From positions 2,328,758 to 2,392,757 of the forward strand of contig CAWEQT010000001.1 in the NCBI GenBank assembly GCA_963811325.1: DNA of 64,000 bases, given 5' to 3'. Origin of the DNA: an uncultured delta proteobacterium. GTDB taxonomy: Bacteria; Desulfobacterota; Syntrophia; Syntrophales; Smithellaceae. This document shows positions 37,272 through 45,671 of the stretch, piece by piece (within the stretch, counting starts at the first letter, position 1; each line of letters starts with the position of its first letter). A model generated the notes under the pieces. That model searched no databases. It was not told the origin of the DNA and was given only the letters and a program-made list of their open reading frames with translations. Made by a program: the position numbers and the translations under genes.

Positions 37272-38999
37272 ATGGAAATTAAACTCGCCAGGACAGCGGG
37301 CTTTTGCATGGGTGTGCGCAGGGCCGTGGATATTGTATTGGATATAGCGCAACATGAAACCCGCCGACGTATTTATACTTACGGTCCTTTGATTCATAAC
37401 CCGCAAACAATTGAATTACTCAAGAGCCGCGGCGTTAAACCTGTTGAAAGTATCGAAGAGATAAAAGACAGGGAAAACGCTATTCTGATTATTCGCGCTC
37501 ATGGTATCGCTCCGGCTGAAAGGAAAAAAATTAAGGAAATCGGCATTAAGGTTGTAAATGCAACCTGTCCTAAAGTCGGTTACGTGCAATCCATCATCAA
37601 AAAACATACTGCTCTTGGTTATACCGTGGTGATCGTAGGCGATAAGGAACATCCGGAGGTTGACGGTCTTTTAGGTTACGCAGGCGAGAAAGGCATTATT
37701 CTGTCCACTTTGGACGATGTGGATAAATTATCTTCCCATGATAAAATTTGTGTTGTCGCTCAAACAACTCAAGATTCAAATAATTACGGCAAGATTGTTG
37801 AAAAAATAAAGAAAAGCTGCTCTAAAGCGGTTGTATTTAACACTATTTGCTCTTCAACTGAACAAAGACAAGCTGAAGTTATAGCAATGGCTGGTGAAAT
37901 GGACGCAATGTTTATCGTTGGCGGAAAAAACAGCGCCAATACCAGAAGGCTGGCTGACCTTGCCCAAAAGCAACAATCTTCCACTTTTCAAATCGAAACT
38001 CCAGCAGAAATGGGAAATATTAATCTAGGTCCCTATAATCGTATCGGGGTTTCAGCAGGCGCTTCCACCCCTAACTGGATTATCGATCGGGTGATGGATA
38101 AAATCATGGAAGGTCAAAGCCGTAAGTTAAAAAACTTGGGTAAATTGCTCAATCTATGGATATGGGCTATCAAAACGGATATTTATTCCGCTGTGGGCGC
38201 AGGGTGTCTTTGTCTGGTTTGCATGCTGTTGCAGAATATACCGGTGAACCTGTCTTTTGTAGCGATTGCCTCTCTTTATGTATATGCAATACATGTCTTA
38301 AATCATTTGATTAGCCGAAAGCCTACTGGTCTTGTCGGCTCTTTTCGGGAAGAAAGCTATCACCATCATAAAAAAATATATTTATACACCGCTTTACTGT
38401 CTATTGTCGCCGCCCTTGCATTGGCATTTAATAATGCAATCATTGTCTTTATTTTTCTATTTGTTATTTCATTTGCCGGTGTGCTTTATAATATGAGGAT
38501 TCTGCCTAATAGATGGCATTTCCGGAGTTTAAAAGATTTGCCCGGTTCAAAAAATATATCTATGTCTGCAGCCTGGGGAATCGTAGCGGCAATCTTGCCT
38601 GCCCTGGGCAAAAATTATTCCTTTAATACCGGTTTAATCGTTGCTTTTTGCTTTACCTTTGGGATGGTTTTTATCCGTTCAGCAATGTCGGATATTCTGG
38701 AAATACAAAGTGATAAATTGATAGGACAGGAAACTATTCCCGTTTTTTTCGGAAAAACGCTGACAATAACCATACTTAAAATTACTTCATTGATATTATT
38801 CACTCTTCTTATTCTTTCTTATCCGGCAGGCTGGAGTACATCTCTAAGTTTTTTTCTGTTACCGTGTATATTATATATATGGATTTGTTTTCAGTTTTGT
38901 GATAAAAAACAAGTGCTTTCCGGGGCTGTTAAGGAAGGCATTCTGGAAACCAGCTATATTATAGCTGGTTTTTGTGTTTTCTTATGGCGTGTTTTTTGA
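37272..38999 (+). CDS. ispH: IspH (HMBPP reductase) fused to a C-terminal UbiA-like polytopic membrane domain
   Basis: Residues 1-285 are IspH (GFCMGVRRA, NATCPKV, NTICSST cluster cysteines, GASTPNW). Residues ~290-575 have about 8 hydrophobic helices with SDILEIQSDKLIGQETIPVFFG, resembling the second Asp-rich motif of UbiA prenyltransferases. Confidence 0.85.
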   Translation: MEIKLARTAGFCMGVRRAVDIVLDIAQHETRRRIYTYGPLIHNPQTIELLKSRGVKPVESIEEIKDRENAILIIRAHGIAPAERKKIKEIGIKVVNATCPKVGYVQSIIKKHTALGYTVVIVGDKEHPEVDGLLGYAGEKGIILSTLDDVDKLSSHDKICVVAQTTQDSNNYGKIVEKIKKSCSKAVVFNTICSSTEQRQAEVIAMAGEMDAMFIVGGKNSANTRRLADLAQKQQSSTFQIETPAEMGNINLGPYNRIGVSAGASTPNWIIDRVMDKIMEGQSRKLKNLGKLLNLWIWAIKTDIYSAVGAGCLCLVCMLLQNIPVNLSFVAIASLYVYAIHVLNHLISRKPTGLVGSFREESYHHHKKIYLYTALLSIVAALALAFNNAIIVFIFLFVISFAGVLYNMRILPNRWHFRSLKDLPGSKNISMSAAWGIVAAILPALGKNYSFNTGLIVAFCFTFGMVFIRSAMSDILEIQSDKLIGQETIPVFFGKTLTITILKITSLILFTLLILSYPAGWSTSLSFFLLPCILYIWICFQFCDKKQVLSGAVKEGILETSYIIAGFCVFLWRVF

Positions 39000-39041
39000 T
39001 ATGGAAGTGCACTTCCGGAAAAAAAGGAGGTTCTAAAGATT

Positions 39042-39641
39042 ATGGTAAGAAAATCGTTCGCTAAATACATATTAATGATTTTTATTTTAACAACAATGGG
39101 TTGCAGCGGATTGCGTTTTTCCCAGTCAGCGCCGGAAGCAAAGGATTTTCACCCGCAAAGAGTGGCTGTGTTTCCGGTGGAAGTATGGAATCATAAAGAA
39201 ATGACTGACTCAAGGGAAGCTGTGGAACAAATTGTCGCGGGTTCATTAGTTGAAAAGAAGTGGTTTCCCAATGTCATTTATGCTGAGAGTCTGAATAAAC
39301 AAATCCAGGTCAATGAAGAATTACGTAAAGCTGTAACTGAGTATCTATCTAAATTGCGTCAGCTTGATTTTTCTGATCCTGATCTGAGCAAAAAAATCGG
39401 CGAATTAGCAAAAATTGACGCGTTTTTGCTGGTGTCCGTTGACGATTGGGAATATACTACAGAACGTGATAAGAAATTGGCGAAGGTTGGCATAACCATG
39501 GAATTATATGATATCTCCACCGGTAAATTAATGTGGAAAGCCGGTCATGATATAATAGAAGATTATATGATAATGAAACCCGATTTGCTTAAAGTTGCCC
39601 AGGATGTTACCAGTAAGATAATTGGTTGCATGCCGCATTGA
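39042..39641 (+). CDS. lipoprotein of unknown function (DUF799/LpoB-like layout, weak)
   Basis: 199 aa. Lipobox LTTMGC. AAGGAGG SD. Confidence 0.6.
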   Translation: MVRKSFAKYILMIFILTTMGCSGLRFSQSAPEAKDFHPQRVAVFPVEVWNHKEMTDSREAVEQIVAGSLVEKKWFPNVIYAESLNKQIQVNEELRKAVTEYLSKLRQLDFSDPDLSKKIGELAKIDAFLLVSVDDWEYTTERDKKLAKVGITMELYDISTGKLMWKAGHDIIEDYMIMKPDLLKVAQDVTSKIIGCMPH

Positions 39642-39684
39642 GTGGGCGAAAAAGATAAATTTTAACCGATTAAGGAGAAATTAG

Positions 39685-39906
39685 ATGAAAGAAGAAGTGC
39701 AAAAAGCTATCGATCTTATAAGACCCAGCCTGCAGGCGGATGGCGGGGATGTAGAACTTATAGATGTCAGCGCAGATGGGATAGTAAAGGTGAAGTTAAC
39801 CGGCGCTTGCCGTGGTTGCCCCATGTCTCAGATGACTCTAAAGATGGGGATAGAAAAAATGATTAAAAAGCAAATACCGGATATAAAGGAAGTAATTGCT
39901 GTTTAA
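39685..39906 (+). CDS. NifU C-terminal domain-like Fe-S assembly protein
   Basis: 73 aa. IRPSLQADGGDVELIDV...KLTGACRGCPMSQMTLK (CxxC) is the Nfu/NifU-C signature. Confidence 0.85.
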   Translation: MKEEVQKAIDLIRPSLQADGGDVELIDVSADGIVKVKLTGACRGCPMSQMTLKMGIEKMIKKQIPDIKEVIAV

Positions 39907-40065
39907 GTTTGTTTTATGGCAATAGCCCGTCAAAATACCTTTAAAAACTTTTTTGTGAATTGACAATTATCAGTGATTTTGATTAACAAAGATTTCCTGA
40001 CAGCCAACTGGTAAGGTATTTTTATTTTGTGTAAATAATTATTATAAGAAGGAGTATAAAGAATT

Positions 40066-40245
40066 ATGGCATATGTGATTACTGACGAATGTATCGCTTG
40101 CGGTTCTTGTGAAAGCGAATGCCCTGTCGAGGCAATTTCTGAAGGCGAAGATAAATATGTTATCGACGCTAAACTTTGTAACGATTGCGGAAATTGTGCC
40201 GATCAATGTCCGGTGGAAGCAATCGTTCCGGGGGATGGAAAATAA
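40066..40245 (+). CDS. 2x[4Fe-4S] ferredoxin (59 aa; below the ORF-track cutoff)
   Basis: MAYVITDECIACGSCESECPVEAISEGEDKYVIDAKLCNDCGNCADQCPVEAIVPGDGK has two CxxCxxCxxxCP motifs. GGAG lies 10 nt upstream. Replaces the spurious track ORF 40109..40393. Confidence 0.9.
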   Translation: MAYVITDECIACGSCESECPVEAISEGEDKYVIDAKLCNDCGNCADQCPVEAIVPGDGK

Positions 40246-40426
40246 TTTATCAGCGACAAAATTACAACTGGGAATAAATCCTAATTCATATAGATATATT
40301 CCCGGTTTCCCCTTTTTAATTACAAACTATCCTCACTTAATGTCCGGCAAGTCTTATTATTTTACGAAAATTAAACCGGGAGTTTTTAAGTAATTAATAA
40401 AAGACCAGGTGTGAAAGGTTTAGTTA

Positions 40427-41074
40427 ATGAAAAAGTTAATTACCTTTGAAGGTGTTGAGGGTTCGGGAAAGTCAACCCAAATAAAACTTGTTGCCGATTA
40501 TTTTGTTAAGAAAAATGTTCCGCTTCTTGTTACTCAGGAGCCATCAGGGACAGACATAGGCCGAAAAATAGGAGGCATTCTTTTTAACAGTGAACATTAT
40601 TATATGTGCGCGGAAAGTGAAATGTTTTTGTTTTGTGCGGCACGGGCACAACATGTTCGGGAGAAAATTTTGCCTGCTTTAGAACAAAACAAAGTTGTTT
40701 TGTGCGACCGGTTTTCTGATGCCACCTATGCCTATCAGGGGGCAGGACGCGGTCTTGATTACGAATTTATCAAGTTAATCAACGACTATTCGGCAATGTT
40801 TTTAAAACCGGACTTAACTTTATTGTTTGATTTGCCGGTAGAAGTTGGACTGCAAAGAGCTATGGATCGAAATAATCGCCTTAAGGAACCTTCTTCTATA
40901 GACAGGTTTGAAAGAGAAAACATTGATTTCCATCAACGGATTCGTGAAGGTTATCTCAATATTTTAAGAAATGATCCAAAACGTTTCCGCTTAATTGACG
41001 CGAACCGTGATGTTAACAAAATTCAAGAAGAAGTGTGCCAGTATATTAGTGATTTTATAAATTTACAAAATTAG
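40427..41074 (+). CDS. tmk: thymidylate kinase
   Basis: 215 aa. ITFEGVEGSGKSTQ P-loop, DRF motif (CDRFSDATYAYQG). Confidence 0.93.
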   Translation: MKKLITFEGVEGSGKSTQIKLVADYFVKKNVPLLVTQEPSGTDIGRKIGGILFNSEHYYMCAESEMFLFCAARAQHVREKILPALEQNKVVLCDRFSDATYAYQGAGRGLDYEFIKLINDYSAMFLKPDLTLLFDLPVEVGLQRAMDRNNRLKEPSSIDRFERENIDFHQRIREGYLNILRNDPKRFRLIDANRDVNKIQEEVCQYISDFINLQN

Positions 41075-41101
41075 TTATTTGGGGATATTTCCTTTTAAAT
41101 T

Positions 41102-42081
41102 ATGTCTTTTCACGATATTTACGGTCATGAAAAAAAAATTGAGATTATCCAAAAAACCTTGGCTAAAAAAAGAATAGGGCACGCTTATCTTTTCAGCGGT
41201 ATTCCCGCCGTGGGTAAAAGAACTTTAGCCTTGGAATTTATCAAGGCTCTCAACTGCGACAAGGTAGATTCCCTTCACGATTCCTGCGGCGAATGTGTCT
41301 CCTGCCGGAAAACTCAGCGCAAAAGCCATCCCGATATCTTTTCCGTGGAAGCCGATGGTCAGTTTATTCGTATTGATTCCATTCGTGAAATTCAGAAGCG
41401 AATTAGATGCAAACCTCTGGAGGCCAGGATGCGGGCATTTATTATTGATGATGCCGATAAAATGAACGATCAGGCGGCAAACGCGCTTTTAAAAATACTG
41501 GAAGAACCATCTCCGTCCAATATATTAATTCTGGTTACAGCCAGACCTTACTCTCTGCCATCCACAATCATTTCGCGTTGCCAGCATATGCGTTTCAATC
41601 CACTTAGTTCTAAAACAGTGGCAAAATTTCTTATCGCTCAGCAGGGCATGGATAACCAAAAAGCTTCACTTCTGGCAGCTTTATCCGGTGGTTCCATTGG
41701 CAACGCAATGGAATTAAATAAAGAAGATATTATTGTCTATCGCACGGAATTGTTAAAGTTGCTTTCAATTACACGCAGAGAAGACCCCTTCAGTTTAATC
41801 AATTTTGCGTCTTTCCTGGGACAGGGGGGGGGGAAATCCGGCAAGGGTTTAATATTCTTAACACTTTTTTCCGTGATGCTCTGATTTTTAAAGAAATCAA
41901 ACAAAGCGAAATGTTAATCAATCAAGACAATTCTTCTTTTATTGCAACATGCGCCGCGCGTTTGTCCGGCGAACAAATCCTTCAAAATATAGCGCAGATA
42001 GAAAAAGCAGGGGAGATTATGGAACAGAATGTCAACAAATCATTGACATTGGAAACAATGGCATTTAAGTTAAATTATTAA
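41102..42081 (+). CDS. holB: DNA polymerase III delta' subunit, reading frame broken at a G10 run (41824-41833)
   Basis: HAYLFSGIPAVGKRTLA, zinc module CDKVDSLHDSCGECVSCRK, SRC motif IISRCQ. As sequenced the frame stops at 41884. A shift at the G run (8 or 11 G instead of 10) continues ...EIRQGFNILNTFFRDALIFKE...LETMAFKLNY to TAA 42079-42081, giving about 327 aa. Confidence 0.8.
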
Positions 42082-42101
42082 AAAATTAGGTAGGATAAAA
42101 A

Positions 42102-42857
42102 TTGCTTGTAAATATTATTGGAGTTAAATTTAAACAAGAGGGTAGGATATATAGTTTCAGTGCCGCTGATCTTATTTTGCATAAAAATGATCAGGTTATT
42201 GTCAATACCGATAATGGTCTGGCGCTGGGAATTGTAGCTAATGACGTAAAAAGGTGTCAACCGTCGGATCTGCCGGCAAATCTAAAAAAAGTCGTTCGTA
42301 AAGCAACTGCTCAAGATTTGCAAGTTAAAGAAGAAAACGATAAGTTGGAGGGCGACGCCCGGAAATTTTGTGTGGAAAGGATTCAGGCAAGAGGGCTTTC
42401 CATGAAATTAATAGATGTGGACTGCCTCTTCGAAAAGAGCAAAATTATTTTTTACTTTACGTCGGAAAGCAGAGTGGATTTCCGTGAATTGGTTAAAGAC
42501 CTCGTTCAAAGATTCAAAATAAGAATAGAACTGAAGCAGATAGGCGCCCGGCAGGAAACACGCATTACCAAAGGCATTGCTGTTTGCGGCCGACTGGTTT
42601 GTTGCGCGGGAATACTGCAAAATTTAGAGAGAGTTACGGTCAAAATGGCGAAAGAACAGAGCATGTCGCTTAATCCGGAAAAAATTTCCGGATTATGTGG
42701 CCGCCTAATGTGCTGTCTGGCTTTTGAACATGAAGGATACTCCGGGCGGAAAAAATGTCCCAAAGCTGTTAAGACTGACGATAATAATGAAGACGTGCAG
42801 TGCGAAAGGCAGACATTGGATTTGGAAAAAATGGATGAAAAGGACTCTTTTCAATAA
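42102..42857 (+). CDS. PSP1 domain protein (YaaT/RicT-like)
   Basis: 251 aa. PSP1 core (..FYFTSESRVDFRELVKDLVQRFKIRIELKQIG..) and C-terminal Cys motifs (CGRLVCC, CGRLMCCL). TTG start. Confidence 0.85.
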   Translation: MLVNIIGVKFKQEGRIYSFSAADLILHKNDQVIVNTDNGLALGIVANDVKRCQPSDLPANLKKVVRKATAQDLQVKEENDKLEGDARKFCVERIQARGLSMKLIDVDCLFEKSKIIFYFTSESRVDFRELVKDLVQRFKIRIELKQIGARQETRITKGIAVCGRLVCCAGILQNLERVTVKMAKEQSMSLNPEKISGLCGRLMCCLAFEHEGYSGRKKCPKAVKTDDNNEDVQCERQTLDLEKMDEKDSFQ

Positions 42858-42879
42858 TCAGGATGGAGATGCTGTCAAT

Positions 42880-44778
42880 ATGCCAAAATCATTTTATATA
42901 ACGACACCGATTTATTACGTTAATGCTTCACCGCATATCGGACATGCTTATACGACAATTGTTGCCGATGTTTTGGCCAGATATCATCGCATGATTGGCG
43001 AAAAAACTTTCTTTGTTACCGGAACTGATGAACACGGCGATAAAATCGCGGAAGCGGCAATAAAATCCGGAGTAACTCCTCAGGAATACGCGGACAAAAT
43101 TAGCGCGCAGTTTCGCACTTTGTGCCCGGAACTTTCAATTACCAATGATTACTTCATCAGGACAACCGATCCCAACCATATCGAAACAGTGCGTTATATT
43201 TTACAAAAAGTATATGATTCCGGTGATATTTACTTCGGCAGTTACGGCGGTTATTACTGTTTCGGCTGTGAAAGATTTCTGACTGAAAAAGAAATAATTG
43301 ACAATAAATGTCCTGAGCATGACAGAGAACCTCAGTATATCGAAGAAAAAAATTATTTTTTCAAAATGAGCAAGTATCAGGATTGGCTTGTTAAATACAT
43401 TTCGGAACATCCTGATTTTATCCGGCCTGAAAGATATAAAAATGAAGCGCTGGCGTTTTTGCGCGAGCCCCTGGAGGATCTTTGCATATCACGCCCCAAA
43501 TCCCGTCTGCAATGGGGTATCACTCTACCTTTTGATCAGGATTATGTAACCTATGTCTGGTTTGACGCTTTGATTAATTATGTTACTGCCCTGAATTATC
43601 CCGACGGAGAAAAATTTAAGATGTTCTGGCCGGCAGCAGAGCATCTTATTGCGAAAGATATTTTAAAACCTCATGGCATTTACTGGCCGACAATGCTCAA
43701 GGCGGCTGGTATCGAACCATACCGGCACCTGAATGTCCATGGTTATTGGAACTCGGATCAAAGCAAAATGTCCAAAAGCCTTGGTAATATTGTTCGTCCG
43801 CTTGATTTAAAAGATAAATACGGTCTGGATGCCTTCCGTTATTTCCTTTTGAGAGATATGGTCTTCGGGCTGGATTCCAATTTTTCCGAGGAAGCTTTTG
43901 TACAGCGGTTAAATTCTGATTTGGCCAATGATTTGGGAAATCTGATCAGCCGCACTATTACTATGGCTATCAAGTATTGCGATGGTAAAGTGCCGGAAAT
44001 CAGTCGCAAAGAAAAAATTTCGGCGTTGCACGAAGCCGCTCTAAGAACGGTCGCAGATGTTGAATCCAGTTTTGATGATATGTCTCTGCATAAAGCCTTG
44101 ATTGCCATTTGGGATTTCATAAATGTCACCAATAAATACATTGTCGAGAATGAGCCCTGGACTTTGGGAAAAGACCCGGCAAACAAGGAAAAATTAACAG
44201 CGATTATGTATAATTTGCTTGTCGCCTTACAGGCAATAGCTGTACTGCTCAAGCCTTTCATGCCGCAGACCGCGGAGAAAATTTTGCGGCAAATTGGAGT
44301 AGATGAATCTCAAAACTTGGATATGGCCAGTATAAAAAAAGATGATGCCTTAAAGGCGGGCAGCCCTTTAACTCGTGGCGAATCGTTGTTCCCGCGCATT
44401 GTTCAAGAAAAAGAAAACCTGACGCAGGAGAAAAAATCTTCCATGATTGATTTAAAACAGGAAATCGACTACGAGGAATTTGCCAAAGTGGATTTGCGTG
44501 TGGCAAAAATTCTGGCGGCGGAAGCTGTTCCCAAATCCAATAAGCTGCTTAAACTTAAAATTGATATAGGTGAAGAGCGCACAATCGTTGCCGGTATCGG
44601 CAAGGACTATACTCCGGAGGAATTAATCGGTAAAAGTATTGTGGTTGTTGCCAATTTAAAGCCGGCGAAATTAATGGGAGTTGAATCTCACGGCATGCTT
44701 CTGGCAACTGATACGGATAAAGGACTTAGCGTCCTGACATTCGATCGCGAAGCACAAACAGGAGCAAAGATCCGGTAG
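42880..44778 (+). CDS. metG: methionine--tRNA ligase with C-terminal tRNA-binding (Trbp111/EMAP-like) domain
   Basis: HIGH (SPHIGHAYT), KMSKS (SKMSKSLGN), zinc knuckle CFGCERF..CPEH, C-terminal VDLRVAKIL...KLLKLKIDIGEE. ATG 42880 fits the family N-terminus; the track start 42724 overlaps PSP1. Confidence 0.95.
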   Translation: MPKSFYITTPIYYVNASPHIGHAYTTIVADVLARYHRMIGEKTFFVTGTDEHGDKIAEAAIKSGVTPQEYADKISAQFRTLCPELSITNDYFIRTTDPNHIETVRYILQKVYDSGDIYFGSYGGYYCFGCERFLTEKEIIDNKCPEHDREPQYIEEKNYFFKMSKYQDWLVKYISEHPDFIRPERYKNEALAFLREPLEDLCISRPKSRLQWGITLPFDQDYVTYVWFDALINYVTALNYPDGEKFKMFWPAAEHLIAKDILKPHGIYWPTMLKAAGIEPYRHLNVHGYWNSDQSKMSKSLGNIVRPLDLKDKYGLDAFRYFLLRDMVFGLDSNFSEEAFVQRLNSDLANDLGNLISRTITMAIKYCDGKVPEISRKEKISALHEAALRTVADVESSFDDMSLHKALIAIWDFINVTNKYIVENEPWTLGKDPANKEKLTAIMYNLLVALQAIAVLLKPFMPQTAEKILRQIGVDESQNLDMASIKKDDALKAGSPLTRGESLFPRIVQEKENLTQEKKSSMIDLKQEIDYEEFAKVDLRVAKILAAEAVPKSNKLLKLKIDIGEERTIVAGIGKDYTPEELIGKSIVVVANLKPAKLMGVESHGMLLATDTDKGLSVLTFDREAQTGAKIR

Positions 44779-44822
44779 CTGTTCTTATTATAAAAAAGCG
44801 GCTACCGTTTTATACGTCTTGC

Positions 44823-45539
44823 CTAATCTTTTAAGAGCTTTTCAATAGCGGGTTGATCAAAGCCATCAACTACCTGACCCTTGATATAAAATAAGGGTGT
44901 TCCTTTGACTCCGATTGCAGAAGCCAACTTCATGTGCGTTTTAACTGTCTCATCAATTTTTTTATCGGTGCAGGCAGCAAGTTGAGCATTATCAAGCTTC
45001 CCGCTCAGAGCATCATCATAAGCTTTGGCCGCATCTTTTGAACATAAAATGTATTTAATCTTGCCTGCCGATTCTTTAGACAACGGGAAAAAGAAAGCAT
45101 AAATAGTTACATCTTTATGCTGAGTAAAATATTTATAGGACTCCCGACAAAAGTGACAATTGGGATCAATAAATTCCACGATGGTTGTTTTCCCGTTACC
45201 AATTTTTAAAGCGCTGTCCAGAGACAATTTAGCCATCTTTTGTGCCATCTTTTTGGAATTACTTTCCCTGGTGATATTTACTCCGTTTTTGGAAATGATG
45301 GGGCCGCCAATTATTACATCTTCTTTCGGCATGTAATAATAAATCTGATTGCCTGTATATACTTCATATATTCCTTTAATATCGGTAGCCGTTATGCTCT
45401 CAAAAATATTCTTGGGAAAGCTTTTTTTGAATTGTTCAGCTACTCCTGCCGATAAATCTTTAGAGGATAAGTTTTTAGCTAAAGCAAAAGTTGGAAAGAG
45501 AAAAAGAATAAGTATAAGGGTTGCTGTTGATTTCTTCAC
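44823..45539 (-). CDS. DsbC/DsbG-like periplasmic thiol:disulfide interchange protein
   Basis: 238 aa. Signal peptide. Thioredoxin-fold CxxC (FIDPNCHFCRESY), ...GVKGTPLFYI. Confidence 0.8.
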   Translation of the reverse strand: MKKSTATLILILFLFPTFALAKNLSSKDLSAGVAEQFKKSFPKNIFESITATDIKGIYEVYTGNQIYYYMPKEDVIIGGPIISKNGVNITRESNSKKMAQKMAKLSLDSALKIGNGKTTIVEFIDPNCHFCRESYKYFTQHKDVTIYAFFFPLSKESAGKIKYILCSKDAAKAYDDALSGKLDNAQLAACTDKKIDETVKTHMKLASAIGVKGTPLFYIKGQVVDGFDQPAIEKLLKD

Positions 45540-45671
45540 TGTTTACCTCCTTATTGAAAATCTTTGTGAGTATAAATTTAAATTATGTCCGTGTCAAGTT
45601 TTGTACAACGGGCGAATGTAAAGGGATACCTGTATCCGGAGACGGCGGCCAAGTAGAAAGCTCCCTCCGTT

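Noticed and set aside
37173-37406. Track ORF of 77 aa on the minus strand.
   Set aside because: It spans the repeat element and the antisense of the ispH start. It is not conserved at the other two element copies, so it is spurious.
40109-40393. Track ORF of 94 aa.
   Set aside because: It overlaps, out of frame, the 59-aa two-cluster ferredoxin gene (40066-40245), which has canonical CxxCxxCxxxCP motifs and an SD.
42724-42879. Upstream extension of metG given in the track (start at 42724).
   Set aside because: It overlaps the PSP1 gene by 134 nt. The family N-terminus (FYITTPIYYVN..PHIGH) begins right after ATG 42880, which has a GGAGA upstream.
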